Assembly (NCBI RefSeq): GCF_001194135.2
Contig: NC_068984.1
Span: forward strand, 61,782,100-61,815,752
Direction: 5' to 3'
Source of the DNA: Octopus bimaculoides
Lineage: Eukaryota
Length of the DNA: 33,653 nucleotides
The notes beneath the pieces are model-generated. The model made no database searches, had not been told where the DNA came from, and worked only from the letters and a program-made list of their open reading frames with translations. A program made the position numbers and the translations under genes. Numbering within the stretch: the stretch's first letter is position 1; the number at the start of each line of letters is the position of its first letter. Positions 21,411 through 33,653 of the stretch are shown piece by piece.

Positions 21411-22107
21411 CAGTTAGTATAATGCAAAGGTGCAAATGTAATCATATTCAAAAGGTAATTTTACTGGAAATATAATAGTTAATTCTTATATTGTAACATG
21501 ATCGGATCAGTTAGGTTGAATTACAATATCATGACGATATTAATTTTATCGGGTGAAGAATGATGATTTGTAAAGTTAATAGTGGCAGGTTTCGAATCTA
21601 TGACTTTATTAAAAACCGGAAAACAATTGATTTAGTGCATTAGTCCTTTCTGGAAAATTGCTGGTAGATGTATCAATTATAAGGCTCGATTAATTACTAT
21701 GTCCAATGAAATGTGAACTGCAATTAAATCACATTAAAATATTGAAGATATATTAACAATAGAAATGTTCATACAATCCAGGTGAATCCCATTCTGCACA
21801 TCTTATACTAATTGTTGAACTACATATTTTCCCCTCTACAGTTTTTATGTTCATCTAATTGCATGTTTCTGAAATGTGCTTCTCACCACGGTGCCAATTA
21901 ATTCGTCTAAAATACAACTAACACATATGACAATGTATTCAAAAATAAAGAAGAAATATTTAATGGTTGGGTACGGAAAATCTACTGTAATTAGTTGCTA
22001 TGGACGATATTGATATTAGTTAAAGAAATAAAATTCACTTTTGTATATTTCATTCTATATTAAAGTTACCTGAGCAGCCGAATTGTTTTGCATTTCCATT
22101 TGTACAG

Positions 22108-22110
<3 letters not shown>

Positions 22111-22154
<44 letters not shown>

Positions 22155-22156
22155 GC

Positions 22157-22197
<41 letters not shown>

Positions 22198-22350
22198 AAG
22201 ATGAGTGTGTGTGTGCGTGTGTGTGTGCGTGTGTGTGTGTGCACACGCGTATATATATATATGTNNNNNNNNNNTATATACACAATTAAAAGAGTAAAGG
22301 TTTATGTGGTGAAGCAACTGTTGCTGATCCCTTAATTATGTTTATATATA

Positions 22351-22413
<63 letters not shown>

Positions 22414-22420
22414 ATATATA
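22111..22420. repeat. Microsatellite cluster (CT)n, (TA)n, (CA)n, (GT)n with a 10-N gap at 22265-22274
   Basis: Direct reading. Confidence 0.95.
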
Positions 22421-23744
22421 TAAACATGCATGTACTTATGTACTTATGTATATATGTATATAAGCATACACACATTTTGAACGCGAGAATGAGCAATCCT
22501 AAATGTCAGTACGTATTGAATTATGTTGTTTTATTCCAGGACGAATACGGCTATTTAGGAGAGAAATTTTATATATGGAGGAATATTAGATCCTTCTTAT
22601 TCGAGTTAATCATTTTATCTAAGCTTGGTTAGTGCCGAAAGAAAGAAATTAGCTCAAGAAGAGAAGAATGAATATAATATATAATAATATGGAGAAATTG
22701 CAAAGCATCACGGTTGCATAATGAAAGTTAGGTTACTAGATATCTACGTAAAGTTTTAGGAGTGATGTTACGAATTAGCTCATAAAAGAATTCAATGCGA
22801 GTGAAAGAATATCGAATAAATAACAGCTAAGCAAATAAAAGAGTGTAACATTTGACTGAGATTACCTTTTTTTTCCATTTATGTGAGTGCTCACAGAATT
22901 GTGTCCCAGAGTATTCAGAAACTCCAAATTTAACAGGAGAAAGAAAATCCGGCTATGATATATTAGTGTTCTTTAGAAATAATAGATTGGATTTTGACAT
23001 GTATTAAATTCTGGCATTTCGGGTTGAAATCCCTTTCGGAGTAAAGTTATCATATTCACTTAACACTATGAAGCATATATTTCAAGTGAAAGCAAATCTG
23101 AAATAACTGCCTAACTCACGGTAAATATAGTAGAGATGAAGATATATTTAATGGAATTCACAAATTGAATAAAAATATCCATTGTTTTATATGTTTGGGA
23201 AAATAAGCTGTTGGTTAACACGACAATACTCTCTCATTAATATTGATTCGACGCTTTACACCGATTAACACATAAAATGTTATATATTCGAGGATGGAAC
23301 GTAAGTTGAGCAAACTACATACTTAAAATTATTCACATTGGTGATGTTCCGTTTGCCTTCCTATTATCTTTCGGTATTGATTGTTTAATAGTGTTTATTG
23401 AATCCTATGCTATTATATTATCTTGAAGTGATTATATCCTCGAGGGTAGCTCAATTTGTATAATGAATATTTAGTTTATAGCTAGTTCAGGCATGTTTTT
23501 CCTACTCCGTCTTTACCGTCATCTAATATTGTATCTAGGAGGAATATTATTTTGAAAAGTTTCATTATCTGCATATTTAATGGAGCATAATTCCCCGCAT
23601 TTTGTTGATATAATCTTTAATTGCTAGAAAATAGGTTCTACTGTATACTCAGAAATAATTACTTCTGAAACCATCTCTAAATAATTCTTTACCTGTGCAT
23701 TATATAAATTACACGTACATTTCACCAGATTTAGCTTTCACATG

Positions 23745-23805
<61 letters not shown>

Positions 23806-24062
23806 ACATACACGCGCGCGCACCCACTCACACACACATATACTAATATATATGGACATGAATATATCTATGTGCATGTGTGCATTTATGCGTATACATG
23901 CATACACACAGACATACACGCATACACACGCACACACACGCGAAAACACCCACACACACAACACACACATATATATGGAAACAAATTGAATTTGCAACAA
24001 GAATAACTCTTACCTAGTTTTCATATACATATATACATGTATACATATGTGTATGTAAATAT

Positions 24063-24117
<55 letters not shown>

Positions 24118-24830
24118 NNNNNNNNNNNNNNNNNNNNNNNNNNNNNNNNNNNNNNNNNNNNNNNNNNNNNNNNNNNNNNNNNNNNNNNNNNNNNNNNNNN
24201 NNNNNNNNNNNNNNNNNNNNNNNNNNNNNNNNNNNNNNNNNNNNNNNNNNNNNNNNNNNNNNNNNNNNNNNNNNNNNNNNNNNNNNNNNNNNNNNNNNNN
24301 NNNNNNNNNNNNNNNNNNNNNNNNNNNNNNNNNNNNNNNNNNNNNNNNNNNNNNNNNNNNNNNNNNNNNNNNNNNNNNNNNNNNNNNNNNNNNNNNNNNN
24401 NNNNNNNNNNNNNNNNNNNNNNNNNNNNNNNNNNNNNNNNNNNNNNNNNNNNNNNNNNNNNNNNNNNNNNNNNNNNNNNNNNNNNNNNNNNNNNNNNNNN
24501 NNNNNNNNNNNNNNNNNNNNNNNNNNNNNNNNNNNNNNNNNNNNNNNNNNNNNNNNNNNNNNNNNNNNNNNNNNNNNNNNNNNNNNNNNNNNNNNNNNNN
24601 NNNNNNNNNNNNNNNNNNNNNNNNNNNNNNNNNNNNNNNNNNNNNNNNNNNNNNNNNNNNNNNNNNNNNNNNNNNNNNNNNNNNNNNNNNNNNNNNNNNN
24701 NNNNNNNNNNNNNNNNNNNNNNNNNNNNNNNNNNNNNNNNNATATATGTATGTATATATATATACATATATATATACATATATATGTATATATATATATA
24801 TATATATACTCATTATATGTATATATATAT
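23745..24830. repeat. (CA)n/(TA)n low-complexity tract around the assembly gap 24118-24740
   Basis: Direct reading. Confidence 0.95.
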
Positions 24831-25015
24831 ACTCGGATTTACTCACAAGACTTCTATATACGCCAGGCTATATTTACTTTGAGAAACAATTTAACGCTGG
24901 GTCCTGAGTAGATGCGTCTGGAAACATTATCATATTTTATGCCTACGTCTGTTTATGTTTGTATGTATGTATGTATGTATGTATGTATGTATGTACGTGT
25001 GTATGCATGTATATA

Positions 25016-25231
25016 CGAGGGGATGCTGAATAGTTCCTGGTTTTGGACAAAAGCATAAAGAAGTGGATCAGTTAATTATGATTTTATTCAACATATTCCC
25101 CTCTCAGATTCACACACTTATTACAGAAGGCTGTCAGCTTTTCGAAGCACTGTAAAAGAAATGGGAAGGTTGGGCCTTCGAGTAGGCCTTCGCGTTACCC
25201 TTAAAGCTAGGAAACTTTCAGCACTACCTCG
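25016..25231 (-). mobile_element. Mariner-derived MITE (216 bp) with TA target duplication
   Basis: TA|cgaggggatgctgaatagttcctgg ... ctaggaaactttcagcactacctcg|TA: imperfect TIRs of about 25 bp. The interior is the reverse complement of the transposase C-terminal segment at 27840-27990. It is inserted in a (TATG)n tract. Confidence 0.85.
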
Positions 25232-27814
25232 TATGTATGCATGTATGTATGCATGTATGTATGTATTATGTTTTACGTGTTAAGTCTGGAGTTTGTTGCT
25301 ATGCCCATGAGGTATGCAGGCCCTCCAAGACCTGTGAGGTTGATGCTAAATAAGAAGGATGTATTGCGAGGGAGAAAATTTGGGCAGTGTGTCCCTGCTT
25401 CTCTGAGAGGAAGTGATGAAGGGCTATACCATTTGATTAAGAGTATGCATTTTGTGATCCGGTTTCAAGGAGAATACTATTACATACCAGAAAGAGATTA
25501 TGTTATACTGATTCTAGCTTAAGGTTGTTACAAAGCATTTGAATAGGTTAAAGCAATGTAGGCTTTTCATTGCTACTGATATGGACATTGGGCGTACAAC
25601 GTAAAGTTGATCTTGTCAAGACTTAAATCTAGAATATGATCATTCGCAAAATGTTACCATTGTATATCGATTACTTATATATGTGTACGGTAATATTACT
25701 TATACATATGTAATATAATACTTTTTGTTGACGTTGCTCTTAAACAGATAGTAAATGGTAATATTCACCGAAGCTTCAGTTTATGATATTAAAGCATTTC
25801 ATCATAATAAACAACACCGATGTAATTATTTTCTACGTAATGCACTGTTACAGTGTTATTATTATGTAACTGCATAATGTGAAATATAATGTTTAGAGTT
25901 AGGATATAAATATACTAGATATCATTCAAAATAGACAAAAGGGATTTAAAATAGTATAGACATTGTTAAGTCTAAATTATATATCAGCTGCAAAATTATA
26001 ATGGATTATGTATAAAAATAATTGGAAAAATCAAACGTGATATTTTCCGACTGCTGAAAATGTATGTCAAATGTTTACAATAGTTAGTTTCATTATATTG
26101 CTAAATTACTTATCTCTTCAAATAGTATTTAAATAGTACTTGAATGGCTTATCTCCTTCAAAGAGTAAATATATATAAACTTAAATTAGAAGCAACAGCT
26201 TTCTGATATTTAATCCTAAAATGTAAAAGAATTAACAACAAATTTTGCGCATAAACTTTCAGCAAAAGCATTATTTAAATACAGTTTAACGTACTTTTTT
26301 TTTTAGAAAGTACTGAAACTCTTTAAAACTACAATGTTAAAAATAAGAAATTCGAATCTGTACAAAATTTATTTTGTTGCAATATTTGTTTTAATTTAAT
26401 TAGAATAAATCCAACATTCTGAGAGAAATTGCTCACCTCGGAAACGCTGTAATCCTTTCAGAACTGTCAGTTTTGCCGTTAAATATGTCGCATTTTTCTA
26501 CAGCCTGTATTCATCGTTTAAACAGAGAAATAAGGATAACTCCTTATTCAAACACTGGATATATGGGGTCCCTATATGCTCACATTAGAAATCTGTTCCT
26601 ACGCTTTCAAAAGAGTGTGAGCAAGTAGTATTAAGTTGGTAGACGTTTATAACTAACTGTACACTTCATCTCGTAGGATGTAGTGTCCACAATATTACTC
26701 ACAAGTCTAGAGTTAATCCACAGATATTTCATAAGGTTCATGTCCAAATGACTGCATGGCAGAATCAAATATGGAAACAGGTACTTACAAAACCAACTCC
26801 TCAGTCATAGAGCTATGACGCCATAGAGCTATGACACCATATATTTTCACAATAAATAAACAAGTTTTTTTTTATTTTAAAGGGCAAATAATGTAGTTGA
26901 TACTACTAAAGAATTCAGATATCAAAGCATTAAATACTGAGTAACACTTTGCATTCACTGAGTCATCATATATGAAAACAAGAAATAGATGAAACTTTTG
27001 GTATAAATTTGTAATCAAAGTCATACTGAATTAAATGACATGTGTTGAACTGCAGCCTGTTCGATTCACAAGTATAAAGTCCATCGCTGCAAGTAAAGGA
27101 TTCCTATTTATGTGGATACTGAATAAACCTGCATCTCCAACAATGCTGTAGTTTCATTGTACTAATAGCTAGTGTTAGAAAATATCTTCTTCTAGTAGTA
27201 CGTCTTGACGTAAATCCATAAATTTATGAAAATGAGACAGGAGTTGATATTTCTAGAAAGAGGAGAAAACTACGTGGTTGACCATCGATCAGCCGGTTTT
27301 TGTTCCGTGCAATACTGGTAAAAGAATATCAGAAAATTATTGTTTTCATAGAGTGAAGGGCAGTATCCTTAATGAATACAGTACATGCTTCCCAAACATC
27401 GTATGCTTAGTGATCTTTACTTGGGAGATGTGGACATGTGTTAAGTGTATATCATATATTTTTGAAACAAAGTGCTCTAAGGCGGCCGGACTTACAAAAA
27501 ATAATTTGTCACAACAACGAATGTCGAAGCATACTGCGAGAATGAGTTCATGTTGATCATGTAGATGAAAGGTTTAATATAAAGCTAAAATGTAGCGGAT
27601 AACCGTAGTGCTCAACGCCAGATTCTTAATTGTTCATACTCTCCACTTGAAAATTCATAATAAAGCAAGGAGTTGCATTCAGTTTTGGCTCTTCTAATTA
27701 AAAATTTGCAATGCTGCATGCAACATCAAGATGAAGTCCCACAAACGTGAAAAGCAAACCGAGGTGGGTTCGGAGACCATGTATGAATACAAACTTTGCC
27801 TCTCAAGGTGGCCG

Positions 27815-28005
27815 TAGGATTGATCGTGTCGTGAAAGGCATGATTGGAGGCCCGACGTTCCGAGTTCTTTTAACAGGGGTTACAAAAACAGAAGGACCGC
27901 AGCAATAAGTGTGTGAATCTGCGACGAGAATATGTGGAATAAAATCATAAGTGATCCTCCTGTATTTTCTTTTACTGAACGCCAGAAGCTTTTCAACACC
28001 CCCTC

Positions 28006-28006
<1 letters not shown>
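27815..28006 (+). mobile_element. Mariner derivative: transposase C-terminus plus right TIR (may extend upstream to about 27630)
   Basis: EARRSEFF*QGLQKQKDRSNKCVNLRREYVE* (stop 27940-27942) fits the mariner C-terminal pattern. It ends ccagaagcttttcaacaccccctcg|TA in a (TA)n tract. No left TIR was found. Confidence 0.75.
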
Positions 28007-28068
<62 letters not shown>

Positions 28069-29951
28069 AAATTCACATTATATATATATATATATATATA
28101 GTGAAAATTTACAAAAACTCAAAAGACGCAGACGAGTGTGTAAACAACAAACAGATATATGCTTGTGTGTATATGTGCGTATGTGTACGTGTGTGTGTAT
28201 GTGTACGTGCGTGTGCGTGCGTATTGTCAAATATTGTCGTGAAAAAAAAAACTGAAAACATTTGCCGACTGAAATTAAAAGTGAAATTTTATTGAGAACA
28301 GTGTCTGGAAAATGATTCTACAGTAAGGTGAAATCGACAGTTCTACGCCGTTGTGAATGTGATAAATTACTTAGTTGTAATTCTTAAAATAAGAAAATAA
28401 TGTCTCGAGAAAGAAATCTAAGGTCTTATTTGACAAAAAGATATTTATCTCTGATCAGCATTTTGCAGCATAACAATGACAGATAAAAATCAAACCGTTG
28501 ACCATAATGGACACACACAAACATATCAAACTTGCTCGATCAAATGTATATTCATGCATCTGCTAAAAATGTCTTCACCTCAAGAAACACACACATATGT
28601 AGACACGAACACTCCAAGCAATTTATTAACTTCGAAGATCAAAGGATATACAAAATACACTCACACAAGTATATTTTTACTCCATTTCATCTTGACCAAA
28701 ATGTTTAAAAGGAAACACATTAGCAATGTTCTCTACCGTAAGTAATAATATCAGTATGTGACTGTCTAACATATTGCCATAACTGCATACATCACTATGA
28801 TGAAAAAAACAAATCCTTGATAAATTTAACAAATATATCCAGTAAGTATCACTACATTTTGATCCCCCAAAAAGTATTTAATCCCTTCGAAGCTTTGATG
28901 TTGACTAAAGTAAAATTCGAACACTCATTAACCGGGATTAATCAATCATAAAATTCAAAACATTTACAAGAAACACTCCCATACACTTCTATAATTGCGA
29001 ACTAGTTTATTCATTGTAACATTTTATCAATAGACACACCTAAACCATCATAATAGCAAAAAGAAATTCAAACCTCTAAACTCAAACTTTCATCAAAAAA
29101 TCAAACAAAAACTAACAGGTCAATAAACAATTTAACCTTGAAAAAAAAGTATTTATACACTGTGACTTTAGACAAATCAAAATTCAAGATATACGTAAAT
29201 TAAATATTACCAATAACAACATGTGTGAATCACACTGTGAAACATTCAAATCTTTCTGGCCTCGAAAGAGCTTTAGTTAAAGTGACGAACAGATTCAACA
29301 AAAATGCAACCTAATAGATATAAACATAAAAAAATTTGAGCCACACGGAACCGTATATTACCAACACATTCAACGCTAATCAAAACAAAGAAAACTGAGA
29401 AATCAGTAAAATAAAATGAAAGGGAAATTCAAATAATATAAACAAACAAGAAACTACACAACCATTATGGCATAATAGCGTGCTTGTGACGTCAAAAATG
29501 TCGATAGCTTTATTAATGACGCAAAATGCGCATTGGTACCATGAGAGAAACCATTGACAAATGTCAGTAATCGACTACATGTATGTACATACATGAACTT
29601 GAAATACTTGAACAATTAGATAAGGGTGCAATGTCTTGGTTAGAAATATTATCGTCTAAGTAAAATACCAAATATCCATTTTTCTATGCTCACATGAAGT
29701 AGACAGATTCTGTTCAGCCATCACCAACCTTCATCTGTTTGCAAGTAAACTGGTATTTGACCATGCTTTGACAAGATTACGTGAAAGATTGGTATCAAAG
29801 AACACGTCGTGCATTACAGTGACACCCGCTTACAAATATTGTCGGATACCAAGACAATGAGATAGTAAAACATACAAACACACACATACTATATAAACAT
29901 ATGTATATCTACAGATATATGTGTGTGCGTGTATACAGAGATTAGTATTTA

Positions 29952-29994
<43 letters not shown>

Positions 29995-30688
29995 NNNNNN
30001 NNNNNNNNNNNNNNNNNNNNNNNNNNNNNNNNNNNNNNNNNNNNNNNNNNNNNNNNNNNNNNNNNNNNNNNNNNNNNNNNNNNNNNNNNNNNNNNNNNNN
30101 NNNNNNNNNNNNNNNNNNNNNNNNNNNNNNNNNNNNNNNNNNNNNNNNNNNNNNNNNNNNNNNNNNNNNNNNNNNNNNNNNNNNNNNNNNNNNNNNNNNN
30201 NNNNNNNNNNNNNNNNNNNNNNNNNNNNNNNNNNNNNNNNNNNNNNNNNNNNNNNNNNNNNNNNNNNNNNNNNNNNNNNNNNNNNNNNNNNNNNNNNNNN
30301 NNNNNNNNNNNNNNNNNNNNNNNNNNNNNNNNNNNNNNNNNNNNNNNNNNNNNNNNNNNNNNNNNNNNNNNNNNNNNNNNNNNNNNNNNNNNNNNNNNNN
30401 NNNNNNNNNNNNNNNNNNNNNNNNNNNNNNNNNNNNNNNNNNNNNNNNNNNNNNNNNNNNNNNNNNNNNNNNNNNNNNNNNNNNNNNNNNNNNNNNNNNN
30501 NNNNNNNNNNNNNNNNNNNNNNNNNNNNNNNNNNNNNNNNNNNNNNNNNNNNNNNNNNNNNNNNNNNNNNNNNNNNNNNNNNNNNNNNNNNNNNNNNNNN
30601 NNNNNNNNNNNNNNNNNNNNNNNNNNNNNNNNNNNNNNNNNNNNNNNNNNNNNNNNNNNNNNNNNNNNNNNNNNNNNNNNNNNNNNNN
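29995..30688. other. Assembly gap flanked by (TA)n/(GT)n/(CA)n
   Basis: Direct reading. Confidence 0.99.
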
Positions 30689-30690
30689 CG

Positions 30691-30748
<58 letters not shown>

Positions 30749-30783
30749 CATACACACACACACATACACATACACACACACAC

Positions 30784-30819
<36 letters not shown>

Positions 30820-31779
30820 ATAAAGAATAAGAAGTTTTGAATGGCAGAACAATGCACGTAAATCTACGCATGTATATATACTCACACATATCACTACATA
30901 TGGGCTTGTGTTTGTGAAATTTTAAAAAATGAATGTAATTTATAATACAAGTTTGCTGTTTTTATCTAAATGTAAACCAGCGACTTCAGAGCAAACCCTC
31001 AGTACAGCTCACTTGAATTAAATGTCTTTGATTGTCACTCACTCAAACTCCGTTTGGTATTTTAGTTTCCTTCTGTTAGCGTTACCGACGAATAACACAT
31101 TGTGCTTTATTATATCTAAGATAAATATTCAACCACAGTCACACGTACATACTCACTAACACGTATAAATTTACTGGCATGCTTTAATTTTGTCTTATGA
31201 TTATAAGAACTTAACGTTGCAATAAAAAAACAATTGGCTCAGCAGTTTCGGTGACTAATATGTACATTAAATAATATGATGTAGTTAATGAATTTATCTT
31301 CCCGAAGAACAGAGCAAGGTGAGTTGGTATATTTTGTTCTAAGAATCTTTTAAGCAAGATCTAAAATATAATTAGATTATGTTCTTATACGTGTATATTA
31401 TCTTTGATACCATTTTACGTTTGATATGTTCCCAGGAGATTGAATTATATATTATGTATTTCGTTTTAGAAGTGGCAATATATAAACTTCCGATGATTAA
31501 AGAAACAATACAAAATACACTGATATCTTGGCAACCAGTATATCAAGAGGTGGAGATGAGACAACTCTAGGGGCTAGAGTCCATAATTAGTGCAGCGGAT
31601 TCATGATTCAACAGAGGAAGATAACATTATATAATTGATATGAGTTATTTGTCAGCGGTAATGAATTCAGAGGAACCAGGCACTAAATAGACCACTGTAC
31701 AGGAAGGAACTCTGGAATACTGATAAAAATTCCTTCTCTTACACGCTAAGATTGAGTTCTTGCAAAACTCAAGTTAACT

Positions 31780-32330
31780 CATAATTTCGAGCAAAGAAAA
31801 GCCATCCGTCAAATTGTAGGGAACGAGTCTGTTCACTCTGACCGGCATGCCTTAGGACCATGCGAGAAACTTAATGCAATAGGAGGCATGACAAAGCCTT
31901 TACAGAAATTGCTAAGTGGGTAGAGCTATTAAAAAATAAGGTCACCAAGCTTCAAGAAACATCACTCCAATGTATCAGATTCTGAGAGCAGGTGATGAGG
32001 CGCCTAAGGTAAAGGTAATTTTCCTTTATAGAACATATTTCAAGCAGATCTCACTATGAGAGTAGTGACAGCAAAACCGTTCCGACCATTAAAGGTTATT
32101 CTATCTAGAAGCAAGGAAGCTATAGTTGTGACAGGACAGGCATGACGGTACTCACAAAAATCAAGAACTCAAACACCAAAACATGATTATTGAAGCCCTT
32201 GGCAAATGGCTGCTATTAAGCTGGATTATGCCGTTTTTCAGTATCTTCAGTGCACTGTTTACTACAGAATTGTGGCTTGCTTATCAAAGAAGTAAAAAAG
32301 CATCAAGATCAAGACTGTGTTTGAAAAGTG
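31780..32330 (+). pseudogene. Possible very old PLE reverse transcriptase N-half remnant
   Basis: Frame-hopping fragments appear in the expected order: EQRKAIRQIVGNES, ADLTMRVVTA, KIKNS, FSIFSALFTT (motif A-like). Similarity is weak. Confidence 0.3.
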
Positions 32331-32504
32331 ACCGCAATAGCTACATTTCTGATGATGAAAGATAATTAATTCAGTTCCTGTTGCTCTATTCACTCAAATA
32401 GTATTGGTTAAGGGTCGAAATAATTTTGACTCTGTGATATCCACTGAACCCACAAAAGAATTTCAAGCTAGCGATAGACGGTGTTTATTTTAGCTATGCC
32501 CCCA

Positions 32505-32560
<56 letters not shown>

Positions 32561-32564
32561 CATA

Positions 32565-32790
32565 CATATGGCGCGATAGGTAAATTGTCGACCTATTATA
32601 TTTTTAATCGCGCACATGCGCATTGTTTGTTTTTGATTTGTTCAACTACACAGCATGATAGGAGCATTTGGGCACCGTCTGAGAGAAAAGAGCACCATGA
32701 CGCAATTTCCTCTGCCAGAAGTTTGGAAACGACATACTGCAATGGTTGGCATTCGTGCCGGAAGCTCCAGTACGAATAGATGGTGAATAG
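32565..32790 (+). mobile_element. Tc1/mariner-like transposon 5' remnant with transposase N-terminus
   Basis: It starts after a (TA)n/(CATA)n tract with ggcgcgataggtaaattgtcg. ATG at 32697 gives MTQFPLPEVWKRHTAMVGIRAGSSSTN, which resembles an HTH-type N-terminus. Family recognition is from memory. Confidence 0.5.
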
Positions 32791-32951
32791 AGAGATTTAC
32801 CGTTGTCTTGCAGTCACGTCAAACATGTACCACAAAGCGTGTACCAAGGGTGATAAAAATCAAATCAGTTTTACTTTAGAGTGCCTTTACAGAGTGTGGC
32901 TTTACTTTTAGTAATAGCGCTTGATATAATAATTATATATATGCATGTATG

Positions 32952-32987
<36 letters not shown>

Positions 32988-33194
32988 AGCAGAGAAACCC
33001 TGCATTCCTAGGGATTAATATGACAATTTTTTGTTTTACTCGTTGCAGTCAACTAACAATGATCGACTACAAGATTTATTCCTTCTAGTCCTAATGCATA
33101 TTCTATCAGTGTGTTTTGCCGAATCATTAAGTTATGTGAACATAACCACAGTGACATGGGTTCTCAAGCAATGGTCTGGTGCAGACAAAGACAA

Positions 33195-33606
33195 CACACA
33201 CACAGACACACAGAGACACACACACACACATACACGCGCGCACACATGCACACACACACTCACATATGAAAATATACACATATATATGACATTCTTCTTT
33301 CAGTTTCCTTGTAAAAAATCCATTCCCAAGGATTTTGGTCCACCTGAGGCTATAATATATATATATATATATATATATGTGCATGCGTGTGTTTACGTAT
33401 GTATACATGTATGTATATGTATGTATAGGTAATAGGCGTAGATGTATAGCTATGTGTATGTGTATGAGTCTATTTCTATTTATACATGTGTGTATATATA
33501 AATGGATACATATGTGTATGTGGGGACATGCACACATATGTGTATATTTGTATATGTGTGGGTACGTATGTGCATATGTATAAATGTGGACGTATGAGTG
33601 TATATA

Positions 33607-33653
<47 letters not shown>
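33195..33653. repeat. (CA)n, (TA)n and (TATG/TGTA)n low-complexity tract
   Basis: Direct reading. Confidence 0.93.

Noticed and set aside
25241-25522. 93-aa ORF with purine-rich, GC-richer sequence
   Set aside because: It starts in a (TATG)n repeat, has no recognisable motif in any frame, and gtgatga is not a hammerhead core.
26804-26835. Tandem catagagctatgac with an internal mini-palindrome
   Set aside because: Short local duplication with no further units or supporting context.

Overview
AT-rich, microsatellite-dense eukaryotic genomic DNA from a draft assembly with five N gaps. The repeat families (SINEs with a tRNA-like head, mariner MITEs, R4/Dong LINEs) look like those I recall from Octopus genomes, so cephalopod origin is an inference. 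No intact host gene could be identified, and most supplied ORFs are microsatellite or gap artefacts. Recognisable content: (1) a near-full-length decayed R4/Dong-type non-LTR retrotransposon (minus strand, about 8620-12140) and a second rearranged 3' fragment (about 15160-16077); (2) Penelope-like element (PLE) loci, with an RT fragment at 1-371 and a GIY-YIG endonuclease fragment at 18543-19016; (3) several SINEs, Tc1/mariner derivatives, and a 560-bp non-coding element embedded in (AAT)n. The most interesting signal is not in the ORF track. Two unrelated PLE loci (412-1376 and 18149-19985) share one architecture: long inverted arms, each carrying an outward-pointing type I hammerhead ribozyme motif (CUGACGA core, long stem II of about 14 bp, palindromic 6-nt stem III, GUA cleavage triplet). 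In the younger locus the arms are about 345 bp and enclose only the endonuclease fragment and its 3' region.
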